A DNA stretch of 64,000 bases from contig JBBRPR010000005.1 in the NCBI GenBank assembly GCA_038227875.1, forward strand, positions 96,001 through 160,000. The letters are read 5' to 3'. Origin of the DNA: Planctomycetota bacterium (GTDB taxonomy: Bacteria > Planctomycetota > SZUA-567 > H5-PLA8). Numbering within the stretch: position 1 is the first letter of the stretch; each line of letters opens with the position of its first letter. Shown piece after piece: positions 8,884-18,275 of the stretch. The notes under the pieces were generated by a model. That model searched no databases and was not told where the DNA came from. It saw only the letters and a list, made by a program, of their open reading frames with translations. Both the position numbers and the translations under genes were made by a program.

Positions 8884-11800
8884 TCAGGCCATGCCGCGCG
8901 CTTCCTCCGCGCTGGCCACCAGGTTGATGCTCGGCTGCGCGGGCGCTGGAAGCGCCGGCGGAGCGGGCGGTTCCTGTTTGCAGCGGACTCGGACCTGGAT
9001 CTGATGCTTCGCAGCATCGTTGACCAGCTTGAACGATTCCGTCCAGCGGTTCTCGCCTTCGCTGTATTCCGTTTCCACGGCATTTTCGTCGGGAAGGATG
9101 GTGAATTCGTAGCTCGTGTCCCAGAACTGATACTTCAGCTTGAACGATTTCCAATCAGCAGGAACGCACGGCTGAATGCGCAGCACGTCCTTCTCGATGT
9201 GGAAGCCGAGCAGCGATTCCATGATCGTGCGGTACATCCAGCCAGCCGATCCGGTGTACCAGGTCCAACCGCCGCGCCCGACGTGCGGAGCGACGCCGTA
9301 GATATCCGCGGCGACGACGTACGGTTCGACCTTGTACGTCTCGGTCGTCGCTGGCGTCAACGCGTGGTTGATCGGATTGACGATCGAGAGCAATTCCCAC
9401 GCGGTTTCGTGGCGGCCAAGTTTCGCGAAGGCCATGATCACCCAGAGCGCGGCGTGCGTGTACTGCCCGCCGTTTTCGCGCACACCCGGGACATACCCCT
9501 TGATGTAACCAGGGTCCAGCTTGGATGAATTAAACGGCGGCTCGAAGAGCTGAATCAACTTTTCGTCGCGCTTGATCAGGCGGGCGTTGACGCACTCCAT
9601 CGCCTGGCGGCTGCGTTCCGGATCGCCGGCGCCGGAGAGGATCGACCAGCTCTGCGGCAGCGAATCGATCTGGCATTCGGCGTTTTCCGCGGAGCCCAGC
9701 GGGGTACCGTCGTCGAAGTACGCGCGGCGGTACCAGTTGCCATCCCACGCGTTTGCTTCGATGCTTTGCCGGAGCAACAGCGCCTGCGCGGCGCAGCGCT
9801 CGGCGAAGACCGTGTCGCCACGCACCCGCGCCACTTGCTCGAACTGCGTGAGCACATCAAAGAGAAAGAATGCCAGCCAGACACTTTCGCCCTTGCCGTG
9901 CACACCGATGCGGTTCATGCCGTCATTCCAGTCTCCGCAGCCCATCAACGGCAAACCGTGAACGCCGTAACGCAAACCGTGCTCGATCGCGCGTGCGCAA
10001 TGATCGTAGAGCGTGCCCGACTGCTCGGACTTCAGTGGCAGATCGTAGTATGATTCCTCGTCGGCGTTGACCTGCCGGCCTTCGACGAACGGCATTGCTT
10101 CATCGAAAATGCGCGCGTCGCCAGTAATTTTTGCGTACTGGCACGCGGCGAACGGCAGCCACAGGTAATCGTCGGAAAAGTGCGTGCGCACGCCGCGCCC
10201 GGAGGGCGTGTGCCACCAGTGCTGCACGTCGCCTTCGCGGAATTGATGGCGCGCAGCCATGAGCAGATGCTGGCGTGTCAGCGCGGGATGCGAATGCAGC
10301 AGCGCCATCGAATCCTGCAACTGGTCGCGGAATCCGAACGCGCCGCCGGACTGGTAGAATCCCGTACGCGCCCACATGCGGCAGCTCAAGGTCTGATAGA
10401 GCAGCCAGCCGTTGGCGAGCAGATCGACTTTCGGGTCGGGCGTCTCGACGTTCAAGCCGGAGAGCGTTTCGTTCCAGAATTCCTTCACCGCCGTGAGCGC
10501 CTGTTGCGCGCCACCCAGCTGCCCGAACCGGCCGAGCAGATTCTGAACATCGCTGGGATCCTGGCCAATGCCCAGTTCGAAGACAACTTCGATGCTTTCA
10601 CTCGCACCCAGCGTGAACGGCACATGCAACGCCGCGCACGGATCCAGGCCCGCGCCGACTCTTCCCGACAACCTCAAGCGCGAGAGAGCCACGGGGTCTT
10701 TCAGCGTGCCGTTACGGCCGATGAACTCGGTCCGGTCACCGGAGTACGAAGTCGGACGCACGCTTGAAGAGACAAACGCGACGCGTCCGGGGAAATCGCT
10801 GCTGTACGGGTTGCGCGCGAAGATCGCGCCGGATCGCGGATCGATCTCCGTGGTAATGTGCATGTGGCTCTTGCCGCGCAATTCGGCCAGCACCCATTCG
10901 AAATAACCCCACGTCGAGAGCTTGCGCGTGCGGCCGGAACGGTTGACCAGCTTCAGCCGCATGAATTTCATGGGCGCATCCATCGCCACGTAAACACTCA
11001 GAGTGGAAGAAATGCCTTCCGCCGAGGTCTCGAAGGTGCTGTAACCGAACCCGTGCCGCACCACGTACGCGGATGGTCCGCGGCTGGGCAGCGGCGTCGG
11101 CGACCAGTAGAGTCCCGATTCATCGTCGCGGATGTAAATCGCTTCGCCGGTTGTGTCCGTCACCGGATCGTTGCTCCACGGTGTCAGGCGGTATTCGTGG
11201 CTGTTCTCCAGCCACGTGTACGCGCCGCCGCTTTCGGAGATGACGGTGCCGAACGTGGGATTGGCCATCACGTTCACCCACGGTGCGGGTGTCGTGTGGT
11301 TCTTCTCGAGAATCGTGACGTATTCGCTGCCGTCGGCGGAGAATCCGCCTGTACCGTTGAAGCACTTCAAGCCGCGCGTATCCGCCGCGCTCACCCGGTC
11401 CGGCAACGCCATCGACTTGCGCTGCGGCGGCTTCAGCAGCGGCACCATCACTTCGGTGCGGGTTCGTTTGTCGACCTGCTCCGCAAACGTTCCGGCGGAG
11501 TCGCTCAAGACCACGCGCGCCACGGTCTGCAACAGCGTGCGGTCCTCTTCGGAAATCTGCTCCGCGCGGCGCACAAAAATTCCGCCCGCCTTGTCGAGCA
11601 ACTGCGCGTGGCGTCCGGCGGCGATCAGGCCAATGATCTGGTCGTAGAGCGCCTGACGGTACACTGACGGATCGTCATTGGTGAGGACCAGGTCCGAGAC
11701 CAAACCCTTCATGCGCCAGAACGCGTGCGCCTGCACGCACTGCCGCACGAGCTCCAAATTGGCGGAGTCGCTGATGCGCACCATCACGATGGGCAGGTCG

Positions 11801-14800
11801 CCGGAAATTCCGTACGACCAGAGTCCCGACTGGCCACGCCGGTTCTTGGCGAGCACCGCCGCGCTGGCGCGTCGATGCTGCGAGGCGTAGATGATCGATC
11901 CCGCCAGCTTGTTGTAGAGCTGTGCTTCGGATTCGGTGCAATTGAGCTGGCGCAGCGAGACCTGCGCGTGCGTCCATGCCATGTCGAAGACGCGGTCGGA
12001 GAGGCGTTCGTCGCGGTACTTGTCGATCAGCGCGATCGACTGGTCGCGTGTGTCGGTCATGCCGCAGATCAAATCCACCGTCACCGTTTCGCCCGGCTGC
12101 AGGCGCAGGGTTCGGCGGATCGAGACGATGGGATCGAGCACCGATCCGCTGGACCCGCTCAGCCGTTCGTTGCGCAGTGCCGCCGGTTCGTGCAGCGTTT
12201 GAGTCCGGCCGATGAACGTGGCGCGGCTGGTTTCGAATGTGACTTGGCCGGTCTCCTGGCTGCGCACGGCCAGCGAATGGAAGAGCACGGGCGGATTCTC
12301 CCCCGTCATGCGCGGGCGGCGCGTGCAGATGATCGATTCACGCTGCGCGTCGATCTGTGTCTGGACAAACAGATTGTTGAACGCCGGGTGCGCCGCATCC
12401 GCGCCCTGCGGTGTGATCACGACTTCGCCGTAGCTGGTGAATTCCAGCGTTCGCACCAGATTGGAATTGTTGGTCACCCGGGTACGCCGGATTTCGACAT
12501 CGTCCTCTGCCGACACACTGATTTCGGTGTGGAGATCGATGTGGTGATCGCGGCGGCGGAATTCCACGCGGCCTTCGCTGAAGATGGCTTCGTATTTATC
12601 CGGACGTCCACGGGTCGGCTGGTACGACGTCGACCAGATCGCACCGGAATTCACATCCCGGATGTAGCAGAACAAACCGAAGGAGTCGCGCACCGCATCT
12701 TCGCGGAAGCGCGTGACCGCCAGGTCCTTCCACCGGCTGTAACCGCTGCCGGCGGCGTTGACCATGACATGGTAGCGGCCGTTGGAAAGCAGATGCAGTT
12801 CCGGCACCGGCGTGCTGGGATCGGTGACGACCCGCAGCGCGCATTCGGCCACGACGCCCGGCGTCTGCGACTGGGTGACTTCCGCCGGATGCGGCATGAT
12901 CGCCATCGTCGCTTTCGGCACGCGTTCCTGCAGCAGCAGATCGGCGACCTTGAATATCGGCTCCGACGCAAAGCGCCGCTGCATCGGCTTGTTGTGCAGG
13001 ACGTAGTCGAGCGCCAGCAGGCTCATGCCCTGATGATGGGCCATGTACGAACTTACCGGCACGCTCTTTTGATTGGGCGGCAGGCGGGACGGCGTGTAGT
13101 CGATCGCTTCGTAAAATCCGAACGGGCCGACGCGGTCATCGGCCGAAAGGCGCTGCATGTTCCGGCACGCATTTTCCGGCGCGACCATCAGCGCCATCAC
13201 CGTCGCATACGGCGCGATGACCAGGTCTTCGCCCAATCCGCGCTGCAGCCCCAGGCCCGGCACGCCGAACGCGCGGTACTGATAGTTCAAATGCGCATCG
13301 GTGAGGTTGTAACCGGATTCCGAAATCCCCCACGGCACGCCGCGGCTCTTGCCGTACGCCATCTGCTGGCGCACCACGCCGTGGTAGGTCTGATCCAGCA
13401 GCGTGCCTTCGTAGGTCGGCATGACCAGCAGCGGCATGAGGTATTCGAACATCGAGCCGCTCCACGAGACCAGCGTCGCCATGCTGGCGCTGCCGGTGAT
13501 CTGGCGGCCGAGTGCGAACCAATGTTCCTGATCGACCTGGCCCAGCGCAATCGCGACGTAGCTGGCCACGCGCGCTTCCGACGCGAGCAGGTCGTAGCAG
13601 CTGTTGTCCAGCTTGTGATTAACGACGCTGTAACCGATCGAGAAGAGCTTTTTCGTCGGCACATACAGGAAGCCGAAATCCATCTCGCCAGCCAACTCGC
13701 CGGCCAGATCCGCGAGCGCTTCGAGCTCACTGATCGCCTTCTGCGCTCGATAGGCCAACTCCGGATCGTGGAGCGGATCGCCTTCCTTGGCGGAAGCAAT
13801 CGTGCGCAGCGAGGTTTTCAAATTCGGCTGGGTCGTTCCGGCCGTCAGCAATGAAGGCGCGAATTGTTGAATGGTCTGCAGCCAGCCATCGGCCTGGCGG
13901 CTTAACGCATCGACCCAATTAATTTCAGATTCCCGCAGACTGACCGTGAATTCGGCAGACCACTGCGCGCAGGCCGCTTTAACGTCGCTAAGTAAATGAA
14001 GCGCCGCGTGCCCCGACATTTGCCCGGCATCAATTTTCGCCTCGAAGGCCTCAATCCTTTTGGCCAGTTCCGTGCCTTCCACGGAGGACGTCGCGCGCAG
14101 GCGCTCCTGCATCACGCGCAAGGTGTCGGCGATTCCGTTCATCATCTGCGGGGAGACTAGCGGGACGTCGGCCAGTTCCAGCAGGCCGCGCTGCAGCGTG
14201 AACAGATGGCAGGCGAGATTTCCGGAGTCCACCGTCGACACATAGAGCGGATTGAGCGGCTTGAGCGTCAGCGTGTCGTACCAGTTGTAGAAGTGCCCGT
14301 GCGAGCGTTCCAGGCTGTGCATGCTGGCCAGCATCGCCTGGCAGCGTTCGATCATTTCACGAACGGAAATATAGCCCAGGTCCATCGCCGCCAGATTCGC
14401 CAGCAGGGCCATGCCCATGTTCGTCGGCGAGGTGCGATGCGCGATGATGCTAATCGGCTGTTCCTGAAAGTTGTCCGGCGGCAGCCAGTTTTCTTCCGCG
14501 TTGACGAAACGGTCGAAGAACGCCCACGTCTGCCGCGCAGTCGTGCGCAGAAAGCGGAGATCTGACGCCGAGAGCCGCACTTCCTGCTTCCGCGCGGGCA
14601 GACTGATCTGCAGCGCCAGCAGAGGCGAGATCATCCACAATATTCCCAGGGCCGCCGCCACCGGCAGCGCCTGCGGCACGGCGTCCACAGCCGCGGCGAT
14701 CACCGCCGCACCGAGAATCGGACCCAGCCACATCGCCCGCGCTGTGTGCACCAGGCTCGTGTTCACCATCTGCTCGGCTTCACTGGACGTGGTCCATTCC

Positions 14801-17565
14801 AGCAACCTGCGGCCGGAGAGCATCAAACGGAAGAGTGTTCGCGCCACAGCGTCCAGGGAGAGCCACGCCTCGTACGGCAAGTAGGAAACATTAAGCACCG
14901 CGCGGGAAGCATCCTTGGTCGTGCGCGTGAGTAGCGCGCCAAACTGAAGAAGAATGGGGCTCTTGTTGTCGAGACCAAACAGCCCCTGAATCGCATCGAG
15001 AACGACCGGCAGCGCGGGGATCATTAGAAGGTAGAGCGTCCACGTCTGCGGATTCGTGGCGAAGTACCAGCCGCCGAGCAGCGCCGCGACGAAAGCAATG
15101 GGCACAAGGCTGCGCCGCAGATTGTCGAAGATTTTCCACTTCGATGACCAGGCGAGCGGATTGGTGCGCGTAGTATTTCCGAAAGCGGGCACCCACGGCA
15201 GCAACCAGCGCCCGATCTGCCAGTCGCCGCGCATCCAGCGGTGACGGCGGGCTGTGTCTGCAAGGTACCGCGATGGAAAATCTTCGAAGATCTGAATGTC
15301 TGTCGCCAGTCCGCAGCGCACGTAGCTGCCTTCAAGCAAGTCGTGACTCAGGATGCGGTTTTCCGGCAGCACGCCACCGAGCGTCTGTTCGAACACCCGG
15401 ACGTCGTAGATGCCTTTGCCAATGAACGAACCTTCGCCGAACAGATCCTGATACACGTCTGAGACCAGCTGCGTGTACGGATCGATTCCCGGCTCACCGC
15501 CGTAAAGCCGCGAAAACCAGGTGCTCTGCGCGCTGGTCAGCGTGACCGCGGCAGTGGGCTGAAGCAGTCCGAAACCGCGTGTGACGCGCTTTATATTTTC
15601 ATCAAAGTAGGGGCGATTGAGCGGATGGGCGAGCGTCCCGATCAATTTCTGCGCGCTGCCGGCCGGAAGTTGCGTATCGGCGTCGAGCGTGATGACAAAC
15701 TGCACGCCTTGCAGCGCGTTCCGGTCGCCGACGATGCGGAGAAAGTCGCCCTCACGCTCACCCTTCAGCAGGAAATGATTGAACTCCGCGAGCTTGCCGC
15801 GCTTGCGTTCGTAGCCAATCCAGCGCCGCTCACGCTCGTTCCATTTTCGCGCGCGGTGGAAGAGGTAGAAGACGTCGTCCGTGCCGCCGCAATAGGTTTT
15901 GTTAAGCGCGGCGATCCCGGCCGATGCGTACTCGAGCAACTTTTCATCGCCGTCGACATTCTGCTGATCCGCGTCCTTGTAGTCGCTCAGCAAGGCAAAG
16001 CGCACAGCGCGGTCGCGGTTGCCGAGGTAGCGGATTTCGAGCTTTTCCAACAAATGGTCGATGCTGCCCGTACTCGTCAGCATGCAGGGCACGGCGACGA
16101 CTGATTTGTATTCGGCGGGAATCTGCTTCGAGAAGTCGAGCCGTGAAAGATGGCTGGGCGGCGCAAACCGCGTGGCCAGCCAATTGGCCATCGAGACACC
16201 CAGCTGTGATGCCACCAGCGCGAGCACGCCCGCGAGGATCACTGCGGCTTCAATCGGCAGCGCGCGCCACTGCACCGGCGCCAGCGCGAAGTAGAGCGCC
16301 GTCAGCAACACAATGCCGAAGACATATCCCACCAGCGCCCCGCTGCGCAAACCGCGCTTGAGCCGCGCCCCAAAAAGCTGATGACCGCAGATCCGCTGCT
16401 CGAGCTCCGCTGCGCCGTCGTCGACCAGGTAATAGCCCACGTGCTTGCGGAAATCGCGCCCGCACTGCGCGGCGCTTTCGAAAGCGCAATCCACGGCGCC
16501 CTGCGCCACCGCCGCTTCGGCGACGTCCGTGCGCCGGGCCAATTTCTCGACCACGTGACGGTACCGGTCGCGTGTGGCGAAATCCATGCTCGCGTAAACT
16601 TTCAACGGATCGCCGAGCAGGATCCGCTCCACGCTGCTGGACGACTCCACGAACTCGCGCCAATCGATGGCATCCAGCGCCCGCAGACTTTCGATGCAGT
16701 TCCCGATCGAAATCTGATCGGCCGCCTGGCGCTGATTTTCCTCATGCAGCGACTCTTCGCGGGTCGTCCCCTGCTCCGCCAGGCGCTGTTCGACGAACGA
16801 ATGGACGAGCGAGAAATTCTGCCCGAGACCTTGGAGCTGCCGCGTCAGTTCAGAGACAAACGTGCTGGAAAGTTTCGATGTCGCGCGCGAGAGATCGGCG
16901 AGCGTGAGGATGACTCCGGTGGAACTGGAGTCCGACGTCTTGACCAGCCGCTCGACCCACTCGGCGGCGGCGTTGCGGTCCAGTTGACTGCGCGCAATGC
17001 GGATCGCCACGCCACGGAGATTTTCGATGATGGCCAGGCGCAGCATGATCGGAATCGCCCACAGTTCGCCCAGGCGCAAGTCCGCACCGGTCTGGTAGGC
17101 GTTCACAAATTGCTTGATGTTCGTCGCGTCAACTTTGCCGTCAGCGTGGGAGATCAATTCAAACGCGATGGCGTACACGCGCGGAAAACCCGCGTGCGGA
17201 CCTTGCGTCAGGCGCGGCAATTCCCGGCTGTACCCGCGCGGCAGATGGCTGCGCACGGTAAAGATCTGTTTTTCGATCAGGTAAAAATTGTCGAGCAGCC
17301 ATTCTGACGCCGGCGAGACACGTTCTTTGCGCGCCGCGGCATCACTGATCAACTGGTAGGTGCGGGTGAGCACCCGTTCGTTTTCGCGCAGCCGCGGCAG
17401 GAGCTTGTTGCCGCGCTTCCGGGGCTCAAACACATGACCCTGCGCAACGGAGAGCGCGTGAGCTTCCAATTGTGGAAGCGTGTAGATTTCGGTCCGGAGC
17501 GCCGGTTCCTCCATCGCTGCAAATTCAACGTTGTCAACGAGTCCTGCGCCTAGATCCAACTTCAT
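8884..17565 (-). CDS. cgs: Cyclic beta-1,2-glucan synthase (Cgs/NdvB/ChvB): GT84, TM region, glucoamylase-like cyclisation domain and GH94 phosphorylase
   Basis: 2893 aa. Motifs SEWLLDNFY, GELWAIPIMLR, ERKRGK, ITLDADT, SHDLLEG, RRHRWMRGDWQ, LLASEAR, WGISES, YMAHHQGM, FYQSGGAFGFRDQLQD, GDWNDG, RENGGQYTH and GGWTWYTGSAGW. Confidence 0.95.
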   Translation of the reverse strand: MKLDLGAGLVDNVEFAAMEEPALRTEIYTLPQLEAHALSVAQGHVFEPRKRGNKLLPRLRENERVLTRTYQLISDAAARKERVSPASEWLLDNFYLIEKQIFTVRSHLPRGYSRELPRLTQGPHAGFPRVYAIAFELISHADGKVDATNIKQFVNAYQTGADLRLGELWAIPIMLRLAIIENLRGVAIRIARSQLDRNAAAEWVERLVKTSDSSSTGVILTLADLSRATSKLSSTFVSELTRQLQGLGQNFSLVHSFVEQRLAEQGTTREESLHEENQRQAADQISIGNCIESLRALDAIDWREFVESSSSVERILLGDPLKVYASMDFATRDRYRHVVEKLARRTDVAEAAVAQGAVDCAFESAAQCGRDFRKHVGYYLVDDGAAELEQRICGHQLFGARLKRGLRSGALVGYVFGIVLLTALYFALAPVQWRALPIEAAVILAGVLALVASQLGVSMANWLATRFAPPSHLSRLDFSKQIPAEYKSVVAVPCMLTSTGSIDHLLEKLEIRYLGNRDRAVRFALLSDYKDADQQNVDGDEKLLEYASAGIAALNKTYCGGTDDVFYLFHRARKWNERERRWIGYERKRGKLAEFNHFLLKGEREGDFLRIVGDRNALQGVQFVITLDADTQLPAGSAQKLIGTLAHPLNRPYFDENIKRVTRGFGLLQPTAAVTLTSAQSTWFSRLYGGEPGIDPYTQLVSDVYQDLFGEGSFIGKGIYDVRVFEQTLGGVLPENRILSHDLLEGSYVRCGLATDIQIFEDFPSRYLADTARRHRWMRGDWQIGRWLLPWVPAFGNTTRTNPLAWSSKWKIFDNLRRSLVPIAFVAALLGGWYFATNPQTWTLYLLMIPALPVVLDAIQGLFGLDNKSPILLQFGALLTRTTKDASRAVLNVSYLPYEAWLSLDAVARTLFRLMLSGRRLLEWTTSSEAEQMVNTSLVHTARAMWLGPILGAAVIAAAVDAVPQALPVAAALGILWMISPLLALQISLPARKQEVRLSASDLRFLRTTARQTWAFFDRFVNAEENWLPPDNFQEQPISIIAHRTSPTNMGMALLANLAAMDLGYISVREMIERCQAMLASMHSLERSHGHFYNWYDTLTLKPLNPLYVSTVDSGNLACHLFTLQRGLLELADVPLVSPQMMNGIADTLRVMQERLRATSSVEGTELAKRIEAFEAKIDAGQMSGHAALHLLSDVKAACAQWSAEFTVSLRESEINWVDALSRQADGWLQTIQQFAPSLLTAGTTQPNLKTSLRTIASAKEGDPLHDPELAYRAQKAISELEALADLAGELAGEMDFGFLYVPTKKLFSIGYSVVNHKLDNSCYDLLASEARVASYVAIALGQVDQEHWFALGRQITGSASMATLVSWSGSMFEYLMPLLVMPTYEGTLLDQTYHGVVRQQMAYGKSRGVPWGISESGYNLTDAHLNYQYRAFGVPGLGLQRGLGEDLVIAPYATVMALMVAPENACRNMQRLSADDRVGPFGFYEAIDYTPSRLPPNQKSVPVSSYMAHHQGMSLLALDYVLHNKPMQRRFASEPIFKVADLLLQERVPKATMAIMPHPAEVTQSQTPGVVAECALRVVTDPSTPVPELHLLSNGRYHVMVNAAGSGYSRWKDLAVTRFREDAVRDSFGLFCYIRDVNSGAIWSTSYQPTRGRPDKYEAIFSEGRVEFRRRDHHIDLHTEISVSAEDDVEIRRTRVTNNSNLVRTLEFTSYGEVVITPQGADAAHPAFNNLFVQTQIDAQRESIICTRRPRMTGENPPVLFHSLAVRSQETGQVTFETSRATFIGRTQTLHEPAALRNERLSGSSGSVLDPIVSIRRTLRLQPGETVTVDLICGMTDTRDQSIALIDKYRDERLSDRVFDMAWTHAQVSLRQLNCTESEAQLYNKLAGSIIYASQHRRASAAVLAKNRRGQSGLWSYGISGDLPIVMVRISDSANLELVRQCVQAHAFWRMKGLVSDLVLTNDDPSVYRQALYDQIIGLIAAGRHAQLLDKAGGIFVRRAEQISEEDRTLLQTVARVVLSDSAGTFAEQVDKRTRTEVMVPLLKPPQRKSMALPDRVSAADTRGLKCFNGTGGFSADGSEYVTILEKNHTTPAPWVNVMANPTFGTVISESGGAYTWLENSHEYRLTPWSNDPVTDTTGEAIYIRDDESGLYWSPTPLPSRGPSAYVVRHGFGYSTFETSAEGISSTLSVYVAMDAPMKFMRLKLVNRSGRTRKLSTWGYFEWVLAELRGKSHMHITTEIDPRSGAIFARNPYSSDFPGRVAFVSSSVRPTSYSGDRTEFIGRNGTLKDPVALSRLRLSGRVGAGLDPCAALHVPFTLGASESIEVVFELGIGQDPSDVQNLLGRFGQLGGAQQALTAVKEFWNETLSGLNVETPDPKVDLLANGWLLYQTLSCRMWARTGFYQSGGAFGFRDQLQDSMALLHSHPALTRQHLLMAARHQFREGDVQHWWHTPSGRGVRTHFSDDYLWLPFAACQYAKITGDARIFDEAMPFVEGRQVNADEESYYDLPLKSEQSGTLYDHCARAIEHGLRYGVHGLPLMGCGDWNDGMNRIGVHGKGESVWLAFFLFDVLTQFEQVARVRGDTVFAERCAAQALLLRQSIEANAWDGNWYRRAYFDDGTPLGSAENAECQIDSLPQSWSILSGAGDPERSRQAMECVNARLIKRDEKLIQLFEPPFNSSKLDPGYIKGYVPGVRENGGQYTHAALWVIMAFAKLGRHETAWELLSIVNPINHALTPATTETYKVEPYVVAADIYGVAPHVGRGGWTWYTGSAGWMYRTIMESLLGFHIEKDVLRIQPCVPADWKSFKLKYQFWDTSYEFTILPDENAVETEYSEGENRWTESFKLVNDAAKHQIQVRVRCKQEPPAPPALPAPAQPSINLVASAEEARGMA

Positions 17566-17737
17566 CGCGATGCCCCATCCATTCTTGGTGAATCCGTATC
17601 TCCGCCAGACTTGCGGTGTCGATCTGCAGAGATAGCGATTTTAATGCCATCATAAATAGCGAACGCCGCGGGAAAGCGGGCGTTTCGCGACCAATAGTTG
17701 AGCGACAATCGTAGGGTGCTGACCGTATTTCGGTCGG

Positions 17738-18190
17738 TTACTGGCGGGCGGATTGCGTTCCGAGCAGCCAGTCGTTGGTGGGGTGCTGCGGTTCGGCACC
17801 CAGCACGCGGGCGACAGAACTAAGCAACAATTCCGGAAGAAACGGTTTCTGAATATAATCGGCTGCGCCCGCGATCGGCGCGTAGAGCCGATATTTAGCA
17901 CAGTCATGCGCGGTCATGAAGATGATGGGAATGTTGTATTTTGAGCGGACATCTTCAGCCAAACCAAAGCCATCCCGCGACGGCATACGGATATCGAGCA
18001 GTACCAGATGCGGCAGCGGCGACGTGTCGAATGCGGTCTGGAATTCCGCGGCGTTCTTGGCCGCGACGACGTCGTAGCCTTCCGATTCCAAAATCTGCAC
18101 GACCAGGTCGAGAATGTCCGAGTCGTCGTCCACAACGAGAATCTTCTTTACCACTGCGGGTCGTTTAATCGGTTTCATTGGCATCCTCAT
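17738..18190 (-). CDS. Single-domain response regulator (REC)
   Basis: ILVVDDD, phosphoacceptor in LLDIRMP, FMTAH, QKPF. Confidence 0.9.
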   Translation of the reverse strand: MRMPMKPIKRPAVVKKILVVDDDSDILDLVVQILESEGYDVVAAKNAAEFQTAFDTSPLPHLVLLDIRMPSRDGFGLAEDVRSKYNIPIIFMTAHDCAKYRLYAPIAGAADYIQKPFLPELLLSSVARVLGAEPQHPTNDWLLGTQSARQ

Positions 18191-18275
18191 TTTTGATCAC
18201 AATAGCACCCAAAGCAGTGCGCAAAAACGACGCCAACTTTCCCAAAAATGGAGTGACAAACAGGAAGCAGAATTT

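Noticed and set aside
11725..13854. Long antisense ORFs (11725-13854, 23385-25259, 32629-34308, 35384-36889, 41721-42962, 52359-54566)
   Set aside because: These are shadow frames of well-supported genes in GC-rich DNA, with no recognisable motifs.
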